Assembly: GCA_028719205.1 (NCBI GenBank) | Contig: JAQUKH010000003.1 | Span: 62,001-126,000, forward strand | Length of the DNA: 64,000 nucleotides | From: a bacterium | GTDB lineage: Bacteria > JACRDZ01 > JAQUKH01 | Direction of reading: 5' to 3' | Shown: in pieces, positions 9,441 through 20,058 of the stretch | How the letters are laid out: each line of letters opens with the position of its first letter | Position numbering within the stretch: position 1 is the stretch's first letter | Notes under the pieces: model-generated | Database searches by the model: none | Told to the model about the DNA's origin: nothing | The model's input: only the letters and a program-made list of their open reading frames with translations | Made by a program: the position numbers and the translations under genes

Positions 9441-11207
9441 CTAGAACAATCCTTTAACTTTGCCGGTTTCCACATCCACATCCACTCTACGATAAGCCGG
9501 ATCGGAAGATGTTCCGGGCATGAGTTTAATAGCGCCCGCGATCGGTACAACAAAACCTGCGCCCTTGTATGTCAGGATATCCCTGATCTGGAGCCTCCAG
9601 CCTTTAGGAGCGCCTTTAATATTTGGATTATCAGAAAGTGAAAGATGCGTTTTAACCATACATGTTCCAAGTTTTGCAGATTCCGGGTCTGCTTCAATAT
9701 TTTTTGCTTTTGTTAAAGCTTCAGGTGAATAATCAACTCCATCAGCACCGTAAACTTCTCTTGCGATCAAGTCAATTCTATCTCTCAATGGAGTGCTTAA
9801 CTCATAGAGAAATTTAAAATTATTAGGTTCGTTACACGCGTCAATGACAGCATCGGCTAGTTCCAATGCTCCTTCGCCGCCTTTTTCCCAATGTTTGGAA
9901 AGCGCGACACGCGCTCCGGCTTTTTCAGCTATTTTGCGAACAGCATTAATTTCATCATCTGTATCAGTATAAAAAGCGTTGATACAAACAACAGGATTAA
10001 TACCCGATTTTTTAACAACTTTAATTAAGTGTGCCAGATTGCTTGATGCACCGGCTTCTACCCAACCGACGTTTTTCATCTTATATTCTTCAGGTAATGG
10101 ACGCCCCGGTACCGGTATAGGAGCCCCGCCATGGCACTTTAAAGCTCTTATAGTAGCAACAACAACCGCTGCATTAGGCTTACTGCCGGAATAACGGCAT
10201 TTAAGGTTCCAGAATTTTTCAAACCCGATATCAGCCCCGAATCCTGACTCCGTTACATGATAATCCCCCAGCTTTAATCCTATTCTATCCGCAATTATTG
10301 AAGACTGGCCGATTGCGATGTTCGCGAATGGCCCCGCGTGAACAAATACCGGTTGGCCTTCGACAGTCTGCATCAGGTTCGGATTTATCGCTTCAACCAT
10401 CCAGGCGGTCATTGCGCCATCCACTTCCAGATCGGCAGTAGTAACAGGATTTCCGGATTTATTATAAGCAACTACTATTTTACCCATTCTTTCACGCATA
10501 TCTTTCAGGTCTGTAGCAACTGCCAAGATCGCCATAATTTCAGAGGAAACAGCAATAGCAAATCCTGATTGCATCATAAAACCGTCCATTTTATTGCCAA
10601 TACCGATCACGATATCGCGGAGCGCCTGAGCACAGAAATCAATGATCCATTTCATCTGAACATTTCTCGGATCAATATCCAGCCGTTTAAGCTTAATTTT
10701 AGCCAGGTGAGCATCATTGTAATTAGCTTCATGCTGTATTCTTGATGTCAGCGCTACCATTGCCAGATTATGAGCGTTCATGATAGCATTGATGTCTCCG
10801 GTTAATCCCAGAGAAAACGGAGTTAGCGGAATACATTGTGAAAGCCCCCCGCCTGCGGCAGACCCTTTAATATTCATTGTTGGCCCGCCTGACGGTTGTC
10901 TGATTGCGCCTACGACGTTTTTATTTCTTTTTCCCAATCCCTGAATTAAACCAATTGTAGTGGTTGATTTCCCTTCACCAAGAGGAGTAGGGGTAATAGC
11001 GGTTACGTCAATAAATTTTCCATCTGGTTTATTTCCCAGACGGTTTAAAACTTTTTTATAGTCTATTTTAGCAACATAATGCCCGTGAGGCAGCAATTCT
11101 TCTTTTTTAAGGCCTAACTTATCTGCCAGCTCATAGACAGTCTTCATACTTTTTTCAGAATCTTCAGCTATTTCCCAATCTGCATGTTTTTTAGGATCCA
11201 GTGCCAT
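9441..11207 (-). CDS. fhs: Formate--tetrahydrofolate ligase
   Basis: [36 protein letters not shown]; start at MALDP behind GAGGAG. Confidence 0.98.
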   Translation of the reverse strand: MALDPKKHADWEIAEDSEKSMKTVYELADKLGLKKEELLPHGHYVAKIDYKKVLNRLGNKPDGKFIDVTAITPTPLGEGKSTTTIGLIQGLGKRNKNVVGAIRQPSGGPTMNIKGSAAGGGLSQCIPLTPFSLGLTGDINAIMNAHNLAMVALTSRIQHEANYNDAHLAKIKLKRLDIDPRNVQMKWIIDFCAQALRDIVIGIGNKMDGFMMQSGFAIAVSSEIMAILAVATDLKDMRERMGKIVVAYNKSGNPVTTADLEVDGAMTAWMVEAINPNLMQTVEGQPVFVHAGPFANIAIGQSSIIADRIGLKLGDYHVTESGFGADIGFEKFWNLKCRYSGSKPNAAVVVATIRALKCHGGAPIPVPGRPLPEEYKMKNVGWVEAGASSNLAHLIKVVKKSGINPVVCINAFYTDTDDEINAVRKIAEKAGARVALSKHWEKGGEGALELADAVIDACNEPNNFKFLYELSTPLRDRIDLIAREVYGADGVDYSPEALTKAKNIEADPESAKLGTCMVKTHLSLSDNPNIKGAPKGWRLQIRDILTYKGAGFVVPIAGAIKLMPGTSSDPAYRRVDVDVETGKVKGLF

Positions 11208-11241
11208 AAAAATTCTCCTCCTTATTTGCAATTAATAGAAA

Positions 11242-13134
11242 TTATATCCCTAATTTTTTTCTTTTTGCAGCAATATGATTTAAAATAAGCTCGCAAGCTT
11301 TGTATGGATCTGCTTCGACCGCGAATTTCCCTCCTGTAATTCCTTCGATGTCTTCATACATTAATTTTTTAAGTTTTGGCGCGCCTGTAACCATATGTGG
11401 AACACCGATAACAACAAGGGCTCCTTGCGCCACAAAATAATTACCGATGGTTATAGCCTTTTCAGACATCCATTCCAGCGCGGCACCCGCGATTGGAAGT
11501 TCGTCATAATCGGTTCCTAATCCATGTTTTATCATTTCCGTGCATGCTACCAGGATACGGCTGTTATCCACACATGAACCCGCGTGGAGGATAGGTGGGC
11601 ATCCGATAGCTTCGCAGACCTCTCTTAAGCCCGGTCCTGCGAGTTCCATTGCCTCAGGGACCATAAGTCCTGCTTTTGCCGACGCGATCGCCGCGCAGCC
11701 CGTATTTACCACAAAGACATTATTTTTGATCAATTCTTTAGCCAATGTTACATTCGCGAAATCCTGCTGGACTTTACAGTTGCTGCAGCCCACAATACCA
11801 ACGACTCCGAATATCTTTCCATTTTTTATATTTTCCACAAGCGGATTATAGGAAGCTCTATAAACACCGCCCTGCATATAACTTAAAGTTTCTGAGCTGA
11901 ACCCGGCGATAATATCCATAGACTCACTTGGTATATTAACTTTGTTTTTGTCGCGATTTTTGAAATTATCTATCGCGATCTTCAGAATATCTTTCGCGGT
12001 TTCATAAGCTTTTGTTTCTTCAAATTGAACATGTATGGCGTCGCGAACCTTTGCCTTTTTAGAAGTTGAAATTATTTTTGTATGATAACAAGCGGCGACT
12101 GAAGGAAGTGACGGCATTATACATTGAACATCAACTACCATTGCCTCTACCGCGCCTGTAACTATGGCTAATTCCTGCTGTAAAAAATTTCCTGCCACAG
12201 GAATCCCTTCACGCATTAATATTTCATTCGCGGTACAACAAATACCTGCTATGTTAACACCTTTTGATCCTGCTTTTTTCGCAAGTTCAACTATCTCTTT
12301 ATCCTGTGAAGCCTCTACGATCATCATGGAAAGGAGAGGTTCATGTCCGTGGACCAGAACATTAACCATGTCTTCGGAAAGAACTCCAAGGTTAACTTTA
12401 CTTCTTATCGGTTTCGGTGTTCCGAACAAAATATCAGTTAATTCGGTCGCGATCATCGCACCTCCCCAGCCGTCCGCGATTGAAACCCGCAGGCTGTTCA
12501 TAAAAGTGTCATAATAATCTGAACCCATACCCATATTTGTGCGGTGCAATGAGGTAACGATCTCTGAATTTACGCCTTCAGGAACAATACCTAACTTTTC
12601 CCATAATTTTAATCTTTTTTCAGGCATCCGTTTTAGAAACCGGAGTCCGCCGTGCGCCTTTTCAAATTCTGATATCGCGGTTTCGGCAACAAGTACTCCA
12701 ATTTCATTCACGCTTTTACCGGTGGTATCTATTCCGTATTCTTTCGCGATAGCCATTAATTTTTTTGTATCTTTTATTTTATAATTTGGAAGCTCCCCTT
12801 TAGCCGCTAAGAGAAGGGTGTGAGCCACATCATAACCATGGTCTGAATGAGCAGCGCATCCTGCCGCCGCGGACCGCAGTAATCCTCTGCTTGCCATTGT
12901 TTCCGCGTCAGCGCCGCAGATGCCTCTGCTTGATTCATCATTCGGATTAATTCTGCAGGGCCCAAGCATGCAATGACGGCAGCATATTCCTTTAACGCCA
13001 TAGGAACATTGTACTTTTACCGCTTCGAATCTGTCCCAGGCGGTTGAAACTTTTTCACTTGTCGCTTTATCCATCATCTTTTCAGACGCTTTATCTATCG
13101 TTCTCGATTTTGAAGTTTTTGGTTCTTGAGACAT
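11242..13134 (-). CDS. cooS: Ni-Fe carbon monoxide dehydrogenase catalytic subunit (AcsA/CooS)
   Basis: D/B-cluster CSYGVKGICCRHCMLGPC; C-cluster ligands in HGHEP, CCTANE, DVQC, GCSN, TGC, GSCVDN; EKA lysine. Confidence 0.97.
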   Translation of the reverse strand: MSQEPKTSKSRTIDKASEKMMDKATSEKVSTAWDRFEAVKVQCSYGVKGICCRHCMLGPCRINPNDESSRGICGADAETMASRGLLRSAAAGCAAHSDHGYDVAHTLLLAAKGELPNYKIKDTKKLMAIAKEYGIDTTGKSVNEIGVLVAETAISEFEKAHGGLRFLKRMPEKRLKLWEKLGIVPEGVNSEIVTSLHRTNMGMGSDYYDTFMNSLRVSIADGWGGAMIATELTDILFGTPKPIRSKVNLGVLSEDMVNVLVHGHEPLLSMMIVEASQDKEIVELAKKAGSKGVNIAGICCTANEILMREGIPVAGNFLQQELAIVTGAVEAMVVDVQCIMPSLPSVAACYHTKIISTSKKAKVRDAIHVQFEETKAYETAKDILKIAIDNFKNRDKNKVNIPSESMDIIAGFSSETLSYMQGGVYRASYNPLVENIKNGKIFGVVGIVGCSNCKVQQDFANVTLAKELIKNNVFVVNTGCAAIASAKAGLMVPEAMELAGPGLREVCEAIGCPPILHAGSCVDNSRILVACTEMIKHGLGTDYDELPIAGAALEWMSEKAITIGNYFVAQGALVVIGVPHMVTGAPKLKKLMYEDIEGITGGKFAVEADPYKACELILNHIAAKRKKLGI

Positions 13135-13173
13135 AATAGTTCTCCTTGTTTTAAATTCGAATTCGAAACATAT

Positions 13174-15363
13174 TTACATTATTGGATCCATTGTTAATGC
13201 AGGGTGATTTACCTTCTGCAAAAATTCAAGAACCGTATTTACGTCTGTGCCGATCGTTTCATCCGCGATCTTATCGATCAATTCAGCCGCTCCGGCTTCC
13301 GTGCCGCGTTTTTGGATACCTTCTTTTAGTTGTTCTTTTAGTTCCTTAGGCATCCAGACTATTCTTTTAATGCCGCCGTCGGCTAATAAAAACTTCTTAC
13401 TTGTTAAATACAAGCGTCCGACTCCTAAAAATCCGGGGGTCTGGTTCCCGCCGCCGACCGAGCCCGCGAGTGTTGAAAATTTCATCCCGCAAGGGGTCAT
13501 TTCAGTAAATCCGCGATTTACGATCATTACTCCATTAGCTTCGGGGAGCAGGGCGATTATACATTCAAAACATCCGCAGGATGTCATTGGATTGTCCATC
13601 ATTGAATAGGCGTTAAAAAAGTTTATTGCCTGATTGGATTTATTATATACAAATTCGTTGACACCTTCCCACTGGCCTTTTACAGGATCAATAGTTCTTC
13701 CTTTGACTATCGGCTGATTTGGGCCGATCGGGTCGATCTCAAATGCGGCTTTTCCGTCGAGCCAGTTGTAAGCGCCGCAAAGTCCAAGGCGCTCAGGTGT
13801 AATGACGCATACATGGTTAGGAGCATAAGACTGGCACAATGAGCAGGAGTAAAACAGGTCCACACTCTCATCCGTGAGCCCGGCAACCCTTTCATCACGT
13901 TCTTTATAAGCTTTTTGGGCTTCCACCATTATCTTTTTAGCTTTGGCTTCATCGGTTATTAATGTAACTTCAACCTTGTCAACGATCGCCGGGAATTCCG
14001 AATGCATTCTCGCGTGAAGTATCTTTCCCAGATGTTCTAATCTGAAGCCTGCTTCATAAGCCTCTTTGCTGATACGGATCCAGTTCATGTCACGTTGGCC
14101 CATATGGAATATACCATGAGCTTCGCTTAAAAAATGATGGATCTTTCGTTCCAGAATTGACTCAAAATCCTTTTGCATTTTTCTTCCGGCGACTTCTACA
14201 AAAATTCCTAACGGATAAAGACCTGCTTTTTCATCAACCTTAGGGCCGTCAATAATAATTTTTCCGTCAGATACTTCGTCCATATTTTTCATGCGAAGAT
14301 ATTCGAACGTGGTAGATTTATTTCCGCCGAATTCAAGCTGTGTATCTTCTTTCCTGACACGTTCACCTTCAAACGCCGGGCCGTATGGGACAGGGACAGG
14401 GACTTTTTCTATTTCAATTTTTAAGCCGCGAACCTCAATCGAAGTATCAACTATTTTATCAATATCAGGCTGCCAGACAACTGCTTCATAACGGGTGACC
14501 CCGGATGGCCTGACTTCCGGAACTTTACTGTGTGATATTGCCGGGAAGCCCATGCTGATAGCTCCCGCTCCGGTAGCCCATTTAATCTCATCTAATTCGC
14601 CTAAGACTAAAGCAAACGCATGAACTCTGTCCAATGTATATTTAAGAATATCTTTATAATTGCCTTTTTTGATACCGCCGAACATCATTGTCGCCCGTAT
14701 AGCCCAATTTAGAGCGTATATTACTGAGATTGTGTCTTTCCCAAGAGGGACGATATATGTTTCCCATCCAAGTTCAATATTTTCCTGGCGTAACTGTTTA
14801 GTTACGCTGTTTCCATTTTTATCTTCACCGGCAAGAAATATAAGGATCTTTCTTTCCTGTAACTGCCGGATAATTTTTACCGCCTCTTTGCTGTCTTTCG
14901 CGGCGCCAAGAACAGCCGCGAATCCTGGCATTCTTCCGTCAACCAATTGAATTCCGAGTTCTCTTAATATGGTATCAGTAATAAATCCGTTATATGTGAA
15001 TCCATCCGGTTCTTTTGCAGGTTCTTCGCCATAAACATAACGGACAGCTTCGATTATTTCTTCCGCGAAAAGAGTTGCTATCCCGCCATCCAGCGCTTCT
15101 CCAAGATAAGGCAGCCATGATTTTTTATCAGGTTCCGAGGAAAGCATGGATTTAGCGTGATTTAAGGAGATTTCCATGTCCCCTAAAGTTTTCAATTCTA
15201 TTCCTGTAATCGCATAGTAGAACGGAAGATAAAATGCCGTGTCCGGAAATTCAAATTTGAGATCCTTTCCTTTTTCAGAAATTGCTTTTTTTAGCAAAGT
15301 TTCCGCTTGTTTTACTACTTGATGTGAACCTCTAATTACAGCTGTTGCGATAAATTTGGACAT
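13174..15363 (-). CDS. acsB: Acetyl-CoA synthase
   Basis: A-cluster motifs CSLCQS, HVC, LCGA, TSCGCFE; bacterial-type N-terminal domain. Confidence 0.98.
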   Translation of the reverse strand: MSKFIATAVIRGSHQVVKQAETLLKKAISEKGKDLKFEFPDTAFYLPFYYAITGIELKTLGDMEISLNHAKSMLSSEPDKKSWLPYLGEALDGGIATLFAEEIIEAVRYVYGEEPAKEPDGFTYNGFITDTILRELGIQLVDGRMPGFAAVLGAAKDSKEAVKIIRQLQERKILIFLAGEDKNGNSVTKQLRQENIELGWETYIVPLGKDTISVIYALNWAIRATMMFGGIKKGNYKDILKYTLDRVHAFALVLGELDEIKWATGAGAISMGFPAISHSKVPEVRPSGVTRYEAVVWQPDIDKIVDTSIEVRGLKIEIEKVPVPVPYGPAFEGERVRKEDTQLEFGGNKSTTFEYLRMKNMDEVSDGKIIIDGPKVDEKAGLYPLGIFVEVAGRKMQKDFESILERKIHHFLSEAHGIFHMGQRDMNWIRISKEAYEAGFRLEHLGKILHARMHSEFPAIVDKVEVTLITDEAKAKKIMVEAQKAYKERDERVAGLTDESVDLFYSCSLCQSYAPNHVCVITPERLGLCGAYNWLDGKAAFEIDPIGPNQPIVKGRTIDPVKGQWEGVNEFVYNKSNQAINFFNAYSMMDNPMTSCGCFECIIALLPEANGVMIVNRGFTEMTPCGMKFSTLAGSVGGGNQTPGFLGVGRLYLTSKKFLLADGGIKRIVWMPKELKEQLKEGIQKRGTEAGAAELIDKIADETIGTDVNTVLEFLQKVNHPALTMDPIM

Positions 15364-15395
15364 AAAATCCTCCTGTGAAAGGCCTTTAGCCTATG

Positions 15396-16739
15396 TTATT
15401 TCCATTCATTTTTAAAAAATACAGGTATAGCATTTGCCTCTCTTGGCCCTACAATAATATTCCAGTCAGGCAACTTTTCTTGTAATGATCCGCTTAAAAC
15501 AGATACATAGCCCGGTATAATTAATTTTTTATGGTTGACTAATTCTGCTGCTTTTATCGTGTTAATAAAATTAGCGATTGAGCCCGCGGAAAATTTCCCC
15601 GCTGCCCAGGCTGTCATTACTGAAAGCCCTTCGGAATCCTGTACCGCGAGCCATGCGGATACCTTGCTGTTCTCGATCTCACCAGCGACCAGAAAGTAGG
15701 TGAGGGAGAAATTTGTTGTTATCATTAAAGGAGAATTCTTGTCAGGATCACCTATCTTGTATATCTTTTGTTCAACCTTCATAGGTTTTTGAGGATCTGT
15801 GTAAATATTTTGTCTTAAAGCGAATAAAGGAAGAACCTTCCACATTTCAGCTGATGAAAGCCCGATAATGGACCCGTATTTTGAGATCGCTACGCTTGCA
15901 AGCATAACTTCCATCATGCTGTCGCCGGATTTATGAAAAAAGGACATTACAGGATAACCGAATGGTTTAAAAGCTTTCTTTATCGCGGATCTCCTGATAA
16001 TAGTAAATTTTTCAATAATATCTTTTGCCTTTAATGCGCCCGGATCAAGAACCAAATCCTTCACACCAAGCGCTGTGATCTTTTCCACAAGATCACTTAG
16101 TTTATTCAGGTCAGGTTCATAGACTGCCAATGAACATCCGTTTTCCTTTGCAGCCTGCGCGAAATCATGATAGTTTGTTTCATTTGCCGCCCAGATAAGA
16201 GGTTTTTTACCGTTAAGGAATGGCAGGGCGGATTTCAGGCTGTCTATTTTATCACTTTTTAAAATTAACGGTAAACTGGTTAAGCCCGTAATTAATTTAA
16301 CAGCCTCAGCAAATTTTTGCGGATCACCTGATTCGTTCTCGATCGCGATAAGATCAACTTTTAAGTGCTGGCCGACACGTTCGACAGCTGCTTTTACAGT
16401 TTTATCAACTTTTTGTTTGATCTCATCAGCTGATGATTTGTCGGATATTACAACAGCGATACCCGGTGTATGATAAAATGTTTTCTCGTGCCTGAACATG
16501 ATCGTTTCTTCACCGACTGAAACTGCATTTTCTCCTGTCCCGATAGTTATTAACCTGATAGGCGGGGCTGACGCGTCGCTTAATTTCGCTTTTGACTCCG
16601 GCGAAACATCAGGGCATTGGTCGAGTGACGCCTGTTTTACAGCGAGTTTCATCGCGAACGCGAGGCATGTCGGAAATTTGCATTTACCGCAATTTGTTTT
16701 AGGTAGATATTTGAATATTTCAATTCCTGATAAAGCCAT
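15396..16739 (-). CDS. acsC: Corrinoid Fe-S protein large subunit
   Basis: LPKTNCGKCKFPTCLAFA, RQNIYTDPQKP, TTNFSLTYF, TAWAAGKF. Confidence 0.98.
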   Translation of the reverse strand: MALSGIEIFKYLPKTNCGKCKFPTCLAFAMKLAVKQASLDQCPDVSPESKAKLSDASAPPIRLITIGTGENAVSVGEETIMFRHEKTFYHTPGIAVVISDKSSADEIKQKVDKTVKAAVERVGQHLKVDLIAIENESGDPQKFAEAVKLITGLTSLPLILKSDKIDSLKSALPFLNGKKPLIWAANETNYHDFAQAAKENGCSLAVYEPDLNKLSDLVEKITALGVKDLVLDPGALKAKDIIEKFTIIRRSAIKKAFKPFGYPVMSFFHKSGDSMMEVMLASVAISKYGSIIGLSSAEMWKVLPLFALRQNIYTDPQKPMKVEQKIYKIGDPDKNSPLMITTNFSLTYFLVAGEIENSKVSAWLAVQDSEGLSVMTAWAAGKFSAGSIANFINTIKAAELVNHKKLIIPGYVSVLSGSLQEKLPDWNIIVGPREANAIPVFFKNEWK

Positions 16740-16771
16740 ATGTTCCTCCTGTTACCATTTATTTTTGTATT

Positions 16772-16830
16772 TGTAGGGGCGAACCTATGTGTTCGCCCTC
16801 TTTGGGCAGACACATGGGTCTGCCCCTACA
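16772..16830. repeat. Inverted doublet of GTAG-type REPs (REPIN-like)
   Basis: TGTAGGGGCGAACCTATGTGTTCGCCC followed by the inverted copy GGGCAGACACATGGGTCTGCCCCTACA, between acsD and acsC. Confidence 0.85.
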
Positions 16831-16835
16831 TACGT

Positions 16836-17753
16836 TTATATCATTTGGTTAACTGTCTGTTTAACTAATTTCATTGCTTCCGGGTGTCTCATTATCAGGA
16901 AATTTCCACCGGCAGTTAAAAAAGTTATACCGGTAACCGCTTCCCAGAGTATCCCGCGTTTTTCTGTGTCTCCCCATTCCGCGATATCCGCTTTTGCCTC
17001 CTTAGCTTTCCAGGCCTCAGGCCCAATGTCGTTTACAATAGGCATCTGCATCATATTGTCATTTTGATGCAGAGCGGCAAGTTTACATCTTTCAATTACA
17101 GAATATGTGTATTCAAGCCCGTATCCTAAAGCGCTTGACATGGTATCCATAATAATTTTTTCTTTGGGAAAACCTGATTGCGAAAGAAGTATATTTAACT
17201 GTTTCGCAAGATTAATATCCAGATCGGAAAGGGCGATCAGATAATGGTTAAATGCCTGGGCCGCGGCGGCAAATGTTTTAAAGTTTTTTTCCTGCGCCTT
17301 TCCGATAATCGAAGGTTTAGCGCACGCGGAGGCACAGGGATTTATTAGTTCGGTATCTTTTTCAGCATGGTTGCAGCCTAATAAGATCAATGGAACAGAA
17401 ATACTTGAAGATACCTTGGCTACAACATCCGCGGCTTCTTTTACAGATCTGTTTTCTTTATCAGGATGCGTTCCGGCCAATCTCAGGCAAATTGCGTCTG
17501 CCTTTAATTCTGTTTCACAAAATTTTGCCCACACGACAGGGTCTTTCATTACTTTGCCGTAAATCTTTGTAAGTGCTTCCGGCCAATCCTGAGGAACAAC
17601 ATCCTGAACCTCCAGGGCAACTATCGGCTTTTTAGCAACTGTACCTTCAAAAGAGAGAAAAGGAAGGGTGTTCTCTCCGCCAATGTCGATGCTCCCGATC
17701 TTGACTTCATTAATTTTTCCCGAATACGTTTCTTTTGGCAGTGTAAATGGCAT
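16836..17753 (-). CDS. acsD: Corrinoid Fe-S protein small subunit
   Basis: IGGENTLPFLSFEG, DINLAKQLN, ALGYGLEY, MRHP; start at MPFTLP behind GGAGGAG. Confidence 0.97.
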   Translation of the reverse strand: MPFTLPKETYSGKINEVKIGSIDIGGENTLPFLSFEGTVAKKPIVALEVQDVVPQDWPEALTKIYGKVMKDPVVWAKFCETELKADAICLRLAGTHPDKENRSVKEAADVVAKVSSSISVPLILLGCNHAEKDTELINPCASACAKPSIIGKAQEKNFKTFAAAAQAFNHYLIALSDLDINLAKQLNILLSQSGFPKEKIIMDTMSSALGYGLEYTYSVIERCKLAALHQNDNMMQMPIVNDIGPEAWKAKEAKADIAEWGDTEKRGILWEAVTGITFLTAGGNFLIMRHPEAMKLVKQTVNQMI

Positions 17754-17767
17754 AAAATCTCCTCCGT

Positions 17768-18523
17768 TCATTTTATATATTTATTCAATATTTTTGTTAA
17801 ACCAATGTAGCATTTTGAATCCGGAGGCAACCCGATCAGCGGTTTGCCTTCAATATCAAATCTTCTTACTTCATCATCTTCAGGAATTGTTCCGCCTAAA
17901 ACCAGATCATTTTTAGTAATTTCATCTGAGACAGAACTTTCTATTTTTTCAGGGCTTCTGTTTAAAATAAGATATTCATTTTCTATCTTTAAGTTTAACT
18001 GTTTAACCAGTTCTTTAATTTTTCCTGCCGCTCTTATTCCCCTGAGATTGTAATCTGAAACCATTAAAAGCAGATCCACTTTTTGGGTGGTTCTGCGGCT
18101 AAAATGTTCCATTCCTGCTTCAGTATCAATTATTACAAACTTATATTCAGTCGTTAACTGATCAATAAATTTTCTTATCAGGTTATTGGCATAACAGTAA
18201 CAACCCGGGCCTTCAGGCCTGCCCATAGCGAGAAGGTCAAACCCTGAAGCTTCAACAAGCGTTCTGTGTATTTCATATTTAACAAAATCAGGTTTACTCA
18301 TTCCCGTAGGAATGTTTTTTTCTCTTTCAAGAGAATTTTCCCTTATATCCGCGACATTTGCGCTTATACTAACACCTAAACATTCGTTAAGGTTAGAATT
18401 AGGATCAGCATCAACCGCGAGAATAGGGGAAAGGTTCTTTTCTTTCAAATATCTTACACAAAGAGAAGCGAGGGTAGTTTTTCCTGTTCCTCCTTTGCCG
18501 GAAAAAGCAATGGTAAAAGACAT
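17768..18523 (-). CDS. cooC: CooC/AcsF nickel-insertion ATPase
   Basis: GKGGTGKT, DADPN, GPGCYC, DTEAGMEH. Confidence 0.93.
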   Translation of the reverse strand: MSFTIAFSGKGGTGKTTLASLCVRYLKEKNLSPILAVDADPNSNLNECLGVSISANVADIRENSLEREKNIPTGMSKPDFVKYEIHRTLVEASGFDLLAMGRPEGPGCYCYANNLIRKFIDQLTTEYKFVIIDTEAGMEHFSRRTTQKVDLLLMVSDYNLRGIRAAGKIKELVKQLNLKIENEYLILNRSPEKIESSVSDEITKNDLVLGGTIPEDDEVRRFDIEGKPLIGLPPDSKCYIGLTKILNKYIK

Positions 18524-19393
18524 TTATATCCCGGATCTTTCCAAAATCATAGGAACCTTATCTTCCATACCAATAGCCATAATATGAACTCCATCACAGA
18601 TAGACCTGAGCTCATTGATCTGGCGGGCAGCTATTTGTATTCCTGTTTCTAAAGGTTTTTCTGATTTTTCCAATTCATTTATGAGGTCTTCTGTGACCCT
18701 GATCCCAGGCACAAATTTATTTAAAAATCTTGCCATTTTAGCGCTTTTAAGAAGTAAAATGCCTGCAATGATCTTTACCTGAAATTGACGGGCAGTTTTC
18801 ATGAATTCTTCCATTTTTTTTGTATCATAAACTGCCTGTGTTTGAAAAAATTGCGCGCCGGCTTTAACTTTTTTCTCAAATTTTAGAAGCTGAGGTTCAA
18901 TAGGGTCTGCTTCGGGGGTAACGGTCGCACCTGTGACAAATGCTGTTTTACCTTTAAGCTGATTACCATTCATATCCGTTCCTCTATTAAGTGTGTTAAT
19001 AACCTGCAATAGCTGGACAGATTCAATATCAAATACCGGCTTTGCCTGTTTATGGTCGCCGGCCTGAGGATGGTCGCCGGTAAGCGCGAGCACATTTCTT
19101 ATACCTAAGACCCATGCGGATAAAAGATCAGACTGGATAGCCAGACGGTTCCTGTCACGGCAGGTCAACTGATATATCGGGTCTAAACCCTGATCTAAAA
19201 TTAATTTTGAAGCTCCAAGAGAACCTAACCGCATTACGGAGCTTTGATTGTCAGTTACGTTGACCGCGTCAACTTTTCCTTTTAAAAGCGAAACGCAATG
19301 GATCATTTCATTTACATCAGTTCCTTTTGGAGGGCCTGATTCCGCGGTAATTATAAATTTACTTGTTTCGAGAGCGTTTTTTAATGTATTCAT
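18524..19393 (-). CDS. metF: 5,10-methylenetetrahydrofolate reductase, catalytic subunit
   Basis: PPKG, CRDRNR, LALTGD, FFQTQ, GVHIM. Confidence 0.95.
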   Translation of the reverse strand: MNTLKNALETSKFIITAESGPPKGTDVNEMIHCVSLLKGKVDAVNVTDNQSSVMRLGSLGASKLILDQGLDPIYQLTCRDRNRLAIQSDLLSAWVLGIRNVLALTGDHPQAGDHKQAKPVFDIESVQLLQVINTLNRGTDMNGNQLKGKTAFVTGATVTPEADPIEPQLLKFEKKVKAGAQFFQTQAVYDTKKMEEFMKTARQFQVKIIAGILLLKSAKMARFLNKFVPGIRVTEDLINELEKSEKPLETGIQIAARQINELRSICDGVHIMAIGMEDKVPMILERSGI

Positions 19394-20052
19394 TTCTTTC
19401 TTTCTAAAATTAACCTGTCGGGTTTTAAATGTTTGCTGTAATTTTTTGCCGGTTGAATATTTTTAAATTTATCTAAATGGTTCAATTTTTTCAGGCGCTC
19501 ATATATCAAAACCCACGCGCAATCCACAGGCCTGTCTTCCGTTGAGATCTCGCATTTTCCTTTATTCATTCCGCCGCATGGCCCGTTCAATAATCCTTTA
19601 GCGCAATTGGTGATAGGGCATATGCCGTCGGTAAAGGCAATTACGCATTCACCGCACATTGAGCAATGTTCGTAAAAATGCCCGTGGCGTTCCACGTTGC
19701 CTAAAAATAACGTATCAACAGCGGGCCTTACAGGCTTTTCTATAACCTCTGAAACTGACTGGGCTCCGGCACCGCACGCGGTAACTAAAATTGAATCTGA
19801 CTTGTCAATGAATTCTCTATGCGGTTTCAGGTCTTTTTTAGTAACGAGAACATGACAGGGTGAATTAATAACAGCAAAGCCTGTAACATTTTTGCCTTCA
19901 GCTTTAAGCGTTTCTATAAGTTCTTTAGTCGCGCATTCACCGCCTGTCTGGCATTCATCCGCGCAGACGGAGCACCCAACGAGGAAAATATTGGTTTCGC
20001 CTTCGAGAGATTTAAGTATTTCCTGAAATGGTTTTTGTTTTGTAATTATCAT
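19390..20052 (-). CDS. metV: Methylene-THF reductase Fe-S subunit
   Basis: GCSVCADEC, CSMCGEC, CPITNCAKGLLNGPCGG, CAW; overlaps the metF start. Confidence 0.92.
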   Translation of the reverse strand: MIITKQKPFQEILKSLEGETNIFLVGCSVCADECQTGGECATKELIETLKAEGKNVTGFAVINSPCHVLVTKKDLKPHREFIDKSDSILVTACGAGAQSVSEVIEKPVRPAVDTLFLGNVERHGHFYEHCSMCGECVIAFTDGICPITNCAKGLLNGPCGGMNKGKCEISTEDRPVDCAWVLIYERLKKLNHLDKFKNIQPAKNYSKHLKPDRLILERKK

Positions 20053-20058
20053 AAAATT

